The notes below the pieces were generated by a model. That model was not told where the DNA came from. It ran no database searches and was given only the letters and a program-made list of their open reading frames with translations. 40,474 nt of DNA from an uncultured Planctomycetaceae bacterium (GTDB lineage Bacteria > Planctomycetota > Planctomycetia > Pirellulales > UBA1268): positions 1 through 40,474 of the forward strand of contig CAIWZS010000382.1 of the NCBI GenBank assembly GCA_903917235.1, given 5' to 3'. Below are positions 1 to 9,308 of this stretch, in pieces; the stretch's first letter is position 1, and each line of letters opens with the position of its first letter. The position numbers and the translations under genes were made by a program.

Positions 1-1466
1 CGACGCGTGAGCTCCCGCCACGTCCGTCCGAGCCACGCGTCGTCCCGGGCGAACGTCGTGGCCCGTTCGACGGCGAGGATGCAGTGCTCGTCCACCGTGT
101 ACTTGTGGTAGTTGTTGAACTGCAGCAGGTGGCGGGCGTGGGCGAACCCGGGCACGAAGATCTCGAGGACGCCCACGTCGTGGAGCTGCCGCAGCGCGTC
201 TCCGAGGCCGTCGGTGCGCTCGAAGAGCCCGAGAAACGCCGCGACCGCCGGAGCGTCGGGCTCCGTGGGCAGGTCGGGCACGGCCTCGCGCACGGCCTCC
301 CACACGACCGGATCGATCGGCAGCGCGTGGAGCATCGACAGCTCCACCAGGCGGATGATCGCGCTGGTGCTGGACACGATCCGCGAGACGGCGCCCGACA
401 CCGCGCCCACGTGGAAGGGGCCGACGCGATACAGGCCGTCGACCACGTTGCCGAGCACGCCCGATGCGATCCGCCGCAGCGGTCCCGGCCCGCGCAGCCC
501 GCGGAGCATGGCGTCGCGCACCTGCGCGACCCGCCGCGTGTGGCCGAAATACTCGCGCATGAACCGCTCCACGCCGAGCAGGCCGTCCTGGCTCGGCACG
601 GCGCGGCCCTGGGCGATCCGCAGCTGCTCCGCCCGCGTGAGGTCGTCGTTGGCCTTGCCCGCCGCGAGGTGCAGGTCGATGCGCACGCGGGTGAGGAACT
701 CCGCCGCATCGCGCAGGCTTTCCGCGTCGCGGGGGGACAGGCCGCCGAGCAGCGCGAGGTCGGCCGGCGATTCGGCGCCGTGCGTCACGCGCCCCAGCCA
801 GCGCACGAGCTGGATGTCACGCAGGCCGCCCGGCGAGCGTTTGACGTTCGGCTGCAGGAGCGACACCGTGTGGCCGAACCGGTCCGCCTCCTCCTCACGG
901 GCCGCCGCGAGCCGCTCGACCGTGGCCCGCTGCTGCCTGCGCATCAGCGAGCGCAGCCGCACGTCGAGGCCGGCGACCAGGTCGGCGCGGCCGGCGAGCC
1001 GCCGCATGTCGAAGAGCGCGGACAGGATCGTCGCGTCCTCGCGGGCGAGCCGCGCCGCCTCGGACGGCGTGCGGACGCTCTGGCCCACCTCGAGCCCGCA
1101 GTCGTAGAGGTCCCGCAGGATCGCCGATGCCATCCGCGACACGGCGACCGGTGCGGACGCGTCGTGCAGCAGCATGAGATCGATGTCGGAATAGGGCGCC
1201 ATCTCGCGGCGACCGAAGCCTCCCACGGCGACGAGCGCCACGGAGCGGCGCACGCCGGCGGCCGTCTCGTCCCCGAGGTCGTCGAGCGCGGCGGACCAGA
1301 TGTCGAGCACCACCCGCTCGAACAGCTCCGTCGCGAGGCCGCCCGTGGCCATGCCGGGCGCACCGGCCGCGTGCTGGGCGGCGACGCGCGTGCGCAGGGC
1401 CGCCACGCCCGCCGCCGCCGCCGAGACGGCGGGACGGACCGTCGCCGCCCCGGCCAGCCCGTTCAT
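1..1466 (-). CDS. glnD: [Protein-PII] uridylyltransferase, 5' part (runs off window start)
   Basis: Not in the ORF track; translated by hand from ATG at 1466. Contains VALVAVGGFGRREMAPYSDIDLMLL (NTase), QPNVKRSPGGLRDIQ, and LLQFNNYHKYTVDEHCILAV (start of HD domain). The start overlaps the upstream stop as ATGA. Confidence 0.93.
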   Translation of the reverse strand, partial: MNGLAGAATVRPAVSAAAAGVAALRTRVAAQHAAGAPGMATGGLATELFERVVLDIWSAALDDLGDETAAGVRRSVALVAVGGFGRREMAPYSDIDLMLLHDASAPVAVSRMASAILRDLYDCGLEVGQSVRTPSEAARLAREDATILSALFDMRRLAGRADLVAGLDVRLRSLMRRQQRATVERLAAAREEEADRFGHTVSLLQPNVKRSPGGLRDIQLVRWLGRVTHGAESPADLALLGGLSPRDAESLRDAAEFLTRVRIDLHLAAGKANDDLTRAEQLRIAQGRAVPSQDGLLGVERFMREYFGHTRRVAQVRDAMLRGLRGPGPLRRIASGVLGNVVDGLYRVGPFHVGAVSGAVSRIVSSTSAIIRLVELSMLHALPIDPVVWEAVREAVPDLPTEPDAPAVAAFLGLFERTDGLGDALRQLHDVGVLEIFVPGFAHARHLLQFNNYHKYTVDEHCILAVERATTFARDDAWLGRTWRELTR

Positions 1467-2014
1467 GTCGGTATCCACTGGTCGTCGGCCACGCCGCCGC
1501 GGTGGTTCGCCACGCGGGCGAGCACGAAGAGCAGATCGCCGAGCCGATTGAGGTATTCGATGGCGTTCGCCGGGATCGTGTCGCCGACCTCGGCGGCGAG
1601 CGTCACCACGCGACGCTCCGCGCGCCTGCAGACCGTGCGCGCGACGTGGAGCGCCGCGGCGAGCGCGGTGCCTGCCGGCAGGATGAAGTGCGTCAGCGGC
1701 GCGAGCTCCGCTTCGAGCGCGTCGATCTCCGCCTCGAGGACGGTCACGTGCGCCGCCGTGATCCGCTCGTCCACGGATCGCCCGGGCGCGGGAGGCGTCG
1801 CGAGCTGCGCACCGAGTTCGAAGAGATCGGCCTGGACGCGGCGCAGGAGCGGATCGAACGCGGCGGCCACGGCCAGCGAGCGGGCGACGCCGAGCTGGCT
1901 GTTGAGCTCGTCCACCGTGCCGAAGGCTTCGATGCGGGCGTGGTCCTTGCGCACCCGTGGCCCACCGAAGAGCCCGGTCTCTCCCGCGTCCCCCGTCTTC
2001 GTGTAGATCTTCAT
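1463..2014 (-). CDS. PduO-type ATP:cob(I)alamin adenosyltransferase
   Basis: MKIYTKTGDAGETGL, RIEAFGTVDELNS, ARTVCRRAERR and YLNRLGDLLFVLAR motifs. GAGGAG lies upstream; alternative ATG at 2026. Confidence 0.93.
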   Translation of the reverse strand: MKIYTKTGDAGETGLFGGPRVRKDHARIEAFGTVDELNSQLGVARSLAVAAAFDPLLRRVQADLFELGAQLATPPAPGRSVDERITAAHVTVLEAEIDALEAELAPLTHFILPAGTALAAALHVARTVCRRAERRVVTLAAEVGDTIPANAIEYLNRLGDLLFVLARVANHRGGVADDQWIPT

Positions 2015-2072
2015 CAGGGTGTTCATCTCCTCGGACCGCCGGTGGACGCCGCCGCGGGCTATACTCCGCGGC

Positions 2073-3404
2073 ATGAGGAATTCCTGCAAGCCGCGCCGCG
2101 CGCGTCGGTCGCGTCGCGAAGAAGCCGCATCCGCCCGCCGCGTCGTGGGCCGCGATTCCCACGGTGGAATCCGCACGGCATGCCGGACCGCGATCCTCGT
2201 CGCGGCGGCGTGGCCCATCGACTGCGGCACGGACCGCGGCAGCCTCCGCGCGGCCGACATCCCGGGCGTGTCCGCCGCGTCCCCGGCTGCCGAGACGCTC
2301 TCGCCAGCGGAGGCACGGTTCCTCGCGCCCCCGGTGCAGGTCACCGCCGGCATGCCGAAGGCGGGCGAGGGCTATTTTCGTCCCGATGCCCGACAGATCT
2401 GCTTTCAGGCCGTGCCGAGCGGCTATCCCTTCTATCAGATCTTCGTGCAGGGCTTCGACCCGTCCGCGTTCGACGCGAACGTGAACGCCGCGGGAACGCG
2501 ATCCGCGGAGCCCCTGCGCATCAGTCCCGGCCGTGGCCGCACGACCTGCGCCTGGTTCTCGCCGGACGGCGGCCGGCTCCTCTTCGCATCGAGCCACCTC
2601 GATCCCGATCTCGCAGGAACGGAGGAGGCCGCGAGACGGCAGGCCGAGGAGGACGCCCGAAGCGGTCGACGCCGGCGCTATCAGTGGGACTTCGACCCTC
2701 ACATGGAGCTCTTTGCCGCCGACGTGCGTGGCGACGGCATGCTGACACGACTGACGGACAGCCCCGGGTACGACGCCGAATGCTCGTACGCACCGGACGG
2801 GACGACGATCCTCTTCGTGAGTGATCGCGACGGCGACCCGGACATCTACGTGATGAACGCGGATGGATCCGGCGTGCGCCAGCTCGGCAATCAGCCCGGC
2901 TACGACGGTGGGCCTTTCTTCTCCCCCGACGGCGGCTGGATCACGTATCGCACCGATCGCGTGGAAAAGGACCTGCTGCAGATCCACGTGATGCGGGCCG
3001 ACGGCAGTGGCGACACGGCGGTCACGGCCGGTGCCGGCGTGCGCTGGGCGCCGTACTGGCACCCGACCCGGCCGTGGCTGATCTGGACCGGAGCCGATCA
3101 CTCCGACCCCGCGAAGAGGCCGAACTACGACCTGTGGATCATCCGGTACGACACGTCGGAGGAGCAGCTGCGGTGGTCGAAGCCGCTGCGGCTCACCGAT
3201 CATGCCTCGGCGGACGTGCTGCCGGTGTTCTCGCCCGACGGGCGGATTCTCATGTGGACGTCGGGCCGCGGTGCGGACGGCGGCGGGCGAGGTGGCGCGA
3301 GCCAGCTGTGGGCGAGCCGCGTCGACATCGACCGTCTCGCGGCGGCACTCGACGCCCTGCCGCTGGGCACTCGACCCGTGGGCGAGACCACCGATGCGCC
3401 CTGA
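2073..3404 (+). CDS. TolB-like beta-propeller (PD40 repeat) exported protein
   Basis: KAGEGYFRPD, GRTTCAWFSPDG, PGYDAECSYAPDG, GYDGGPFFSPDG and VLPVFSPDG repeats. Start uncertain; ATG 2073 chosen because TATACT lies 7 nt upstream. Confidence 0.8.
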   Translation: MRNSCKPRRARRSRREEAASARRVVGRDSHGGIRTACRTAILVAAAWPIDCGTDRGSLRAADIPGVSAASPAAETLSPAEARFLAPPVQVTAGMPKAGEGYFRPDARQICFQAVPSGYPFYQIFVQGFDPSAFDANVNAAGTRSAEPLRISPGRGRTTCAWFSPDGGRLLFASSHLDPDLAGTEEAARRQAEEDARSGRRRRYQWDFDPHMELFAADVRGDGMLTRLTDSPGYDAECSYAPDGTTILFVSDRDGDPDIYVMNADGSGVRQLGNQPGYDGGPFFSPDGGWITYRTDRVEKDLLQIHVMRADGSGDTAVTAGAGVRWAPYWHPTRPWLIWTGADHSDPAKRPNYDLWIIRYDTSEEQLRWSKPLRLTDHASADVLPVFSPDGRILMWTSGRGADGGGRGGASQLWASRVDIDRLAAALDALPLGTRPVGETTDAP

Positions 3405-4287
3405 CGCGCCCGCTGCGGGAGCGGGGCCCGGGGACGCGCCCCCGCCGGAACCGGGGGACTCCTGCGGCCCCATCGCGATGATCGGTGGCGGCCGGATGGC
3501 CCTGGCGCTCGCGGAGGGCTTTTGTCGGACGGGACGGACGACCGGCGACCGCATGACCGTGTGCGACCCCGATGCCGTCGCCCGCGAACGGCTCGCGGCG
3601 GCCGTGCCGGGCGTCCGGTTCGTGCCGACACCGGCGGCGGCCGCCGCAGCGGCCCGCATCGTCTTCCTCGCCGTCAAGCCGCAGCAGGCCGCGGAGGCGT
3701 GTGGTGACGCAAGGCTCGGACTGCGGGCCGACGCGACGATCGTCTCGATCGTCGCCGGCCTGACGACCGATTCACTCGGCGCGCTGCTCGGCTCCCGTCG
3801 GATCATCCGCGTCATGCCGAACACGCCGTGCCTCGTCGGACAGGGGGTCTCGGCCTGGTGCGCGACGCCGGAGGTACCGGCTGCGGATCGTCACGAGATC
3901 GTGCGGCTGCTGACCTCCGTCGGCCACGTGCACGAGGTCGACGAGTCGCTCATGGATGCGGTCACAGGACTCTCCGGGTCGGGCCCCGGCTTCGTCGCAC
4001 GCTTCGTCGAGGCGCTGACGGCAGGCGGGGTCGCAGCCGGGCTGCCGCCACCGTTGGCGCTTGCTCTGGCCGTGCAGACCGTCGCGGGCACCGGCGCCCT
4101 GCTCGAGCGCACCGGAGAGGACCCGGCCGTGGTCCGCGGACGCGTGACCAGTCCCGGAGGCACCACGCTGGCAGGCTTGGCGCTGATGGAGGCTCGCGGG
4201 GTGCCCGAGGCGATCACCGCGGCGGTCGTGGCGGCCGCCACCCGTGCGCGCGAACTCGGTGCCGCGCCTCGTCACGCCACGGCGTGA
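3394..4287 (+). CDS. proC: Pyrroline-5-carboxylate reductase
   Basis: IGGGRMA, FLAVKPQ, RVMPNTP, DAVTGLSGSGPGF and VTSPGGTT motifs. Start overlaps the end of the TolB-like gene. Confidence 0.93.
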   Translation: MRPDAPAAGAGPGDAPPPEPGDSCGPIAMIGGGRMALALAEGFCRTGRTTGDRMTVCDPDAVARERLAAAVPGVRFVPTPAAAAAAARIVFLAVKPQQAAEACGDARLGLRADATIVSIVAGLTTDSLGALLGSRRIIRVMPNTPCLVGQGVSAWCATPEVPAADRHEIVRLLTSVGHVHEVDESLMDAVTGLSGSGPGFVARFVEALTAGGVAAGLPPPLALALAVQTVAGTGALLERTGEDPAVVRGRVTSPGGTTLAGLALMEARGVPEAITAAVVAAATRARELGAAPRHATA

Positions 4288-4351
4288 CGACCCGCGCCGG
4301 CCCCGCGCTGCACGCGAGGCCGGGGCGACACGAGCGGCGTGTGCCGCCGGT

Positions 4352-4573
4352 TCAACGCGCGCCGGCCCTCTTTCCCTTCTTCGCCTTCTTCGCCGGGCCG
4401 GCCTTCGCCTGTTTCGCGACGGCCGAAGCCGCCTTCTTCGCCTTGCCGGCCTTGGCTTTCGGCTTCGATGCGGCCGTCCCCGCGGACGACTTCTTCCCCC
4501 GCCTGCTGCCGCCGAAGATGAGTTCCCACCCATCGGCGTACTGCTTGTTGCTTCCGATGCGAATGACCGACAT
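4352..4573 (-). CDS. Small basic protein (73 aa) with Lys/Ala-rich histone-H1-like tail
   Basis: MSVIRIGSNKQYADGWELIFGG followed by KPKAKAGKAKKAASAVAKQAKAGPAKKAKKGK; codon usage looks typical of the genome. Confidence 0.7.
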   Translation of the reverse strand: MSVIRIGSNKQYADGWELIFGGSRRGKKSSAGTAASKPKAKAGKAKKAASAVAKQAKAGPAKKAKKGKRAGAR

Positions 4574-4646
4574 GGCGTGCACTCCGATTCGGTGCCACGG
4601 ACACGTCGCATCGACCCGTCGACGCGACGCCGCAGCCCCAACGGCG

Positions 4647-4676
4647 GTGGTACCGATGTTCAACGCCGCGTGTCAA
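4647..4676 (-). promoter_or_regulatory. Candidate sigma-70 promoter for the small basic protein
   Basis: On the minus strand: perfect TTGACA (4676-4671), 18-nt spacer, TACCAC (4652-4647). Confidence 0.4.
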
Positions 4677-5109
4677 GCGACGCATCGCGATCGACGTCGG
4701 CATCGATCTCGAGCAGGACCCGTGCGGCGATCGCTGCCGGAAGCGTCCGGCGCGTCCTCCCGTCGCCGATGAACGCGTCACCCGCCACGCCGGCCGAGGG
4801 CTTCCGGGCGAGCACGCCGGGAGCCCCGATGATGAGCGTGTTGCGAGAGGCCACGATGCCGGTGATCTCCCAGCGCAGCGTCGGCCGGCGACCGTCTCCT
4901 GCCGCGTCGTCGGCGTGGACGCTCGCCTGCGGCAGCGGGCGGTCGTTGAGGATCGCGGTGACGCGCGGGTCGGCATCCTCGATCGCGAGCCAGAGCCGGT
5001 GGGCGGCGGTGACGCCGCTCGGGCCACCGAATCGCCTGATCCAGCCGGCCGTCCGATCCCCTGCCGGCTCCCACGCGGCCGTCAGATTGATGACGTGGGA
5101 TGGTGTCAT
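4660..5109 (-). CDS. Hypothetical protein, possibly a stand-alone GH2 sugar-binding-like (jelly-roll) domain
   Basis: HVINLTAAW...WIRRFGGPSG...RLWLAIE...AILNDRPL...RWEITG...RNTLII pattern resembles GH2 N-terminal domains; divergent from trxA. Confidence 0.55.
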   Translation of the reverse strand: MTPSHVINLTAAWEPAGDRTAGWIRRFGGPSGVTAAHRLWLAIEDADPRVTAILNDRPLPQASVHADDAAGDGRRPTLRWEITGIVASRNTLIIGAPGVLARKPSAGVAGDAFIGDGRTRRTLPAAIAARVLLEIDADVDRDASLDTRR

Positions 5110-5144
5110 CGTCGCCTCGCGGCCGCAGCCGGGATGTCACAGGC

Positions 5145-5153
5145 TGCTATACT
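5145..5153 (+). promoter_or_regulatory. Extended -10 promoter (TGcTATACT) upstream of trxA
   Basis: TGn-TATACT 47 nt upstream of the ATG; AGGAG lies between. Confidence 0.55.
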
Positions 5154-5200
5154 CGGTGCTCCCACGAAATGATCGGACATCCTCAGGAGACCACGAGACG

Positions 5201-5530
5201 ATGGGACGCGCCCTCGAATTCACCGACGCCAACTTTCAGAGCGAAGTGCTCGACTCCCCCGTGCCGGTGCTCGTCGACTTTTGGGCGCCGTGGTGCGGCC
5301 CATGCCGCATGATCGGACCGACGATCGAGGAGTTGTCCGCGGAGAATGCGGGGACGTTCCGCGTCGGCAAGGTGAACGTGGACGAGAACAACCGGCTCGC
5401 GATGACGTACAACGTCGCGAGCATTCCCACCATCATGATCTTCAGCGGCGGGCAGCTCGTCCAGCAATTCATGGGCGTCCAGCCGAAGACGCGGCTCCAG
5501 CAGGCGCTCGACGAGGCCAAGCAGGCCTGA
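5201..5530 (+). CDS. trxA: Thioredoxin
   Basis: VLVDFWAPWCGPCRMI active site, cis-Pro motif SIPT, 109 aa. Confidence 0.96.
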   Translation: MGRALEFTDANFQSEVLDSPVPVLVDFWAPWCGPCRMIGPTIEELSAENAGTFRVGKVNVDENNRLAMTYNVASIPTIMIFSGGQLVQQFMGVQPKTRLQQALDEAKQA

Positions 5531-5533
5531 CGC

Positions 5534-5573
5534 GTGTGGACGGGGCCGGTCGAGCGACCGGCCCCGTCCACAC
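5534..5573. terminator. Perfect 18-bp-stem hairpin between convergent trxA and sigma factor genes
   Basis: GTGTGGACGGGGCCGGTC-gagc-GACCGGCCCCGTCCACAC; no U-tract on either side. Confidence 0.65.
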
Positions 5574-5588
5574 CGCACCGCAGGGCGA

Positions 5589-7151
5589 TCAGACGGGCAC
5601 GACCAGCTCCTCGGTCACCTGCCAGCGTTCGGCGAGATCGACGTCGAGGTGGCTCGTGAGGTCGATGTCGGCACCGGGCTGCCGTAGTTTCTCGACAGCC
5701 TTCGCCTCGATCTGCCGCACCCGCTCCCGGGTGACGTCGAAGATCGTCCCCACCTCCTCGAGCGTGTAGGCGTAGCCGTCCGCCAACCCGAACCTCAGGC
5801 GGATGATCTCGCGCTCGCGATAGGAGAGCGTATCGAGAGCCCGCGAGAGCGAGGCGCGGAGTGACTGGCGGTTGAGGTCCTGGAGGGGATCCTCCTCGCG
5901 GCGATCGCAGACGAATTCACCCACCGATCCGTCCTCGGTCTCGCCGAGGGGCTGATCGAGCGAGGCCGGCCGTCGCGACATCCGCCAGATGCACTCGGCC
6001 TCGTCCACCGCGAGGCCGGAACGCGCCGCCAGTTCCTCGACCGTCGCCTCCCGACCGTGCTGCTGGAGCAGGTCGCGGGCGGCATTCCGCATCTTGGTGA
6101 GCATGTCGACCATGTGCACCGGCATGCGGATCGTGCGACTCTGGTCTGCGATCGCGCGGGTGATGGCCTGGCGGATCCACCACGTCGCGTACGTCGAGAA
6201 CTTGAAGCCGCGGGCATGCTCGAACTTGTCGACGGCCCGCATGAGGCCGGAGTTGCCTTCCTGGATCAGGTCGAGGAACGACAGACCACGGTTCCGGTAC
6301 CGCTTCGCGATCGAGATCACCAGTCGCAGGTTGCCCTCCGCAAGATCGCGCTTCGCCGCGTCGTAACGCTGCTGGAGATCCTCGAGTCGGGCGAGCCGTC
6401 GCGCGAGCGTGCGGCGGCTCTCACGGACGCCGAGCAGGATGCGCCGCTGCTCGAGCGCCGCCGTGGCGGGATCGATGGTGCCGCCGACGCGGTCGCCGAG
6501 CGTGGCGAGCCGGTCGGCCTTGGCTCGCAGCTCCTTGAGGAGCGGATAGAGCCGCTGGATCCGCAGGTGCATCTCTTCGACGAGTCGCACCGACTTGTTG
6601 CGCTGCCGCACGAGACGCCGCCACGCCGCCCGACGCTCCTCGGGGGCCGCGGCCCGCGAGGTGGCGATCCGAAAGAGGCGCCGCTTCTCCTGCTCGAGGC
6701 GACGCAGCGTCACGAGATTCGGCTCGAGCCGACGCAGGATCCGCTTCTTCTCCCCCGTGTTGGTGACCGACACCTCGATGGTCCGGTCGAGACGCACCGT
6801 CCCCGCCTGCACCCGCTCGAGGAGCTGGAGCGCGCCGGCGAGCACGAAGTCGTTCGCGAGCAGCGTGCGGCGGAACTTGCGCCGCCAGTGCTCGATCCGC
6901 CGGGCGCTGTCCACCTCGGTCTGTCGCGAGAGGAGCGGCATGCCACCCATCTGGAGCAGGTAGAGCCGCACCGGGTCGTCGATCACCGCGAGCGGCCGGC
7001 GGGCGCGGGCGGGTTTCGGGGAGCCGGCTTTGCCCACCGGGCGCTCGCCGGCACGCACCCCCTTGCCCCGAGGCAGCGGGGCGACCGGTGCGCTGGCGAC
7101 CGATGGTGCGGCGATCGGGTGGAGGGGGATCGGGGGGGCGCGACGTTGCAT
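5589..7151 (-). CDS. RpoD/SigA-family sigma-70 factor lacking region 1.1 (probable secondary paralog)
   Basis: Region 1.2 [12 protein letters not shown], region 2 [12 protein letters not shown]...DLIQEGN...[30 protein letters not shown], region 4 [21 protein letters not shown]. Start uncertain (ATG 7151 or GTG 7223). Confidence 0.92.
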   Translation of the reverse strand: MQRRAPPIPLHPIAAPSVASAPVAPLPRGKGVRAGERPVGKAGSPKPARARRPLAVIDDPVRLYLLQMGGMPLLSRQTEVDSARRIEHWRRKFRRTLLANDFVLAGALQLLERVQAGTVRLDRTIEVSVTNTGEKKRILRRLEPNLVTLRRLEQEKRRLFRIATSRAAAPEERRAAWRRLVRQRNKSVRLVEEMHLRIQRLYPLLKELRAKADRLATLGDRVGGTIDPATAALEQRRILLGVRESRRTLARRLARLEDLQQRYDAAKRDLAEGNLRLVISIAKRYRNRGLSFLDLIQEGNSGLMRAVDKFEHARGFKFSTYATWWIRQAITRAIADQSRTIRMPVHMVDMLTKMRNAARDLLQQHGREATVEELAARSGLAVDEAECIWRMSRRPASLDQPLGETEDGSVGEFVCDRREEDPLQDLNRQSLRASLSRALDTLSYREREIIRLRFGLADGYAYTLEEVGTIFDVTRERVRQIEAKAVEKLRQPGADIDLTSHLDVDLAERWQVTEELVVPV

Positions 7152-7533
7152 GGAGGTGACCCTGCTGGACGTGAAAGAGCCGTGTCGCGGTCGGCGGCTG
7201 GATCCCCGCCGCTCGGGCGACACTGCGGGTCAGGGAAGCAATTCGGGTGCCGCTCGGTCGCAGCCCCGCCCGCGGACCATGCCCGGACGCCGAATTCCCC
7301 GGGAAAATTCGAGGAAACGGGGCCGTGGACCCGCCACGCGTTGGAAATGGTCGTGTCGCATCCCGTCGACACGCGGGCGCCGCGCGTCGCCCGGTTGCAA
7401 CGCGTCGGGGGTGTCGATTCAAGTACCGGCCCCGTCCCACACGAAGTCACGGTGACGGAGGGGTGGCGATAGAATCAGGGGGCTCGCGAGCGGGGCCGCC
7501 AGCGCCGCACCCCGCGCCCCCGGAAGGTGCCTC

Positions 7534-9069
7534 ATGGAGATCGCCGTTCTCGCCGCGATCGGCCTGCTCCTTCTCGGCGGTATCGTCGCGTTCGCCGTCG
7601 GCAACCGTGGCTGGAGCATCGGCACGGTCGTGGCCGCACTGCTCGTGCTCCTGGCGACAGGAGGATTCCTCTACCTCGGCGCGAGGCTGGCGGCGCGGGA
7701 TGCCGCGTGGGCGAAGGCCGTCAGCGATCTGGAGCAGCGGCTCGCGAGGGCCCGAGACGGCCTGGGCCCCACCGCGGACGGTCGGCTCGAACCGCTGCCC
7801 GACATGAAATCGGTGGCGATGCTCCGCGAGGAGCGCGATCGGTGGAGCCGCGCTGCGGCCACCGTCGATACGTGGCGGAATCGCTACTGGTCGAATGCCT
7901 CGTACGAACCGGACGGGGGAGACGGCCCGAGAATCGGGGCTCGCATCGTCGTGCCGAGGCCGCCGCGGCCTCCGGCGCCGGCCGCCGCGGGGGCCGATCC
8001 AAACCAGCCTGCCCCGGCCCCTCAACCGCCCCTCCTCGCAGCCGGCGCGATGATCTTCCTGTTCGACGAGTCCCCGCTCGCCGAGGGTGGACGGTACCTC
8101 GGCGCATTCACTGTCCGCGAAGCGGCATTCGATGCCGGCATCGACAGTCAGGTGCTCACGGCTACCTTCGTGGGGGAGCCGAATGAGCGCGAGCGCAAGG
8201 TGCTGTCCGAGCCGCACGGACCCGTCACGATCTACGACGAACTGCCGGTCGATCGCTGGATCGCCTTTTTCCGCCTGAATCCGGCGACCGACGCGGCGAA
8301 TGCGAACGGGGTGACCGCCCGAGACGACGTCGCAGCCCAGTTCGACGGCATCGACGACGATGACGTGCGGGCTCTCGTCCAGGCCTTCGTCGAACGATTC
8401 GAACAGCACGAGAGCGAGGTTTCGGAGGCAGAGTGGCCCGCCGCGGTGCAGCAGCTTTCCGAGGGTGCGGTCGTGCCGGGGAGTTTTTGGGCGACCGTCG
8501 AGTTCACGAAGAGTCACACGTTCGCGGGCGCGGCTGGGTCCGCGTCGCGAGAGTTCACGGCGGGCGACAAGGCCGAGTTCGACCTGGCGACCGCGCTGGA
8601 ACTGCGTGATCGCGATCTCGTGAAGGTGCGGCGGGTCGTCAGGCGACGCCCGCTCTCCGATGCCCTCGCGGCGATCTACGGCACGCAGGTCGGCCCAGTC
8701 GCCGAGCAGGGGGATGGAGGATCGCAGCGAGCCGACGGAGCGATCGCGCTTTTGCGGCAGCTGCGTTCGGAACTCGTGGTGATCGACACGGCCGCACAGC
8801 GACTCGACCAGGCACTGGCGGCCACGACCGCCAACACGGAGGCCACGACGGTGGTCGTGCAGGAGTTGACGGAAGACCTCGGCTCCTGGGAGCGAGACGC
8901 CACAGCGGCCACCGGCGTGGCGGATGCCTTCGCCACGTCGATCGACACGACGACGCGGCAGCGCGAACAGGCTGATCAGGCCGTCGTCACCCTCGGCAGG
9001 GAACTGGCCGCGATGCTGGCGCGGCTCACGGGGGAGATCGACCGCGTCGCGCCGGCCCCGGGACGCTGA
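7534..9069 (+). CDS. Hypothetical membrane-anchored protein with two N-terminal TM helices and C-terminal coiled coil
   Basis: Two hydrophobic N-terminal segments, heptad-like C-terminus, GGAAGG upstream of the ATG, TAGAAT at about 7470. Confidence 0.75.
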   Translation: MEIAVLAAIGLLLLGGIVAFAVGNRGWSIGTVVAALLVLLATGGFLYLGARLAARDAAWAKAVSDLEQRLARARDGLGPTADGRLEPLPDMKSVAMLREERDRWSRAAATVDTWRNRYWSNASYEPDGGDGPRIGARIVVPRPPRPPAPAAAGADPNQPAPAPQPPLLAAGAMIFLFDESPLAEGGRYLGAFTVREAAFDAGIDSQVLTATFVGEPNERERKVLSEPHGPVTIYDELPVDRWIAFFRLNPATDAANANGVTARDDVAAQFDGIDDDDVRALVQAFVERFEQHESEVSEAEWPAAVQQLSEGAVVPGSFWATVEFTKSHTFAGAAGSASREFTAGDKAEFDLATALELRDRDLVKVRRVVRRRPLSDALAAIYGTQVGPVAEQGDGGSQRADGAIALLRQLRSELVVIDTAAQRLDQALAATTANTEATTVVVQELTEDLGSWERDATAATGVADAFATSIDTTTRQREQADQAVVTLGRELAAMLARLTGEIDRVAPAPGR

Positions 9070-9145
9070 TCGCCGCGGGCACGCGCCCGTCGGAACGGCC
9101 GCATTCCCCGTCGCACGGCGTGCCGGGCCGACGACGCCCGATGTC

Positions 9146-9154
9146 TGCTAAACT
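9146..9154 (+). promoter_or_regulatory. Extended -10 (TGcTAAACT) upstream of btaA
   Basis: TGn-TAAACT-CCGGG in the 9070-9308 intergenic region. Confidence 0.45.
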
Positions 9155-9308
9155 CCGGGTCGCCGTCGCAGGTCGGTCAATTGGTCGGATCGCGGGATTG
9201 GCCGCTGGGGAGTGCCCGACCGGCAGCGACGCGCCCGAGCCCTCGTCGCGCGGGTCGTCCCGCGTGATGCATGCCGTCCGCCGCCCTCGAGAGCGCCGTC
9301 ATTCCATC

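Noticed and set aside
4244-5200. 428-aa ORF suggesting a long N-terminal extension on thioredoxin
   Set aside because: The extension is antisense to two real minus-strand genes; an RBS and extended -10 support ATG 5201.
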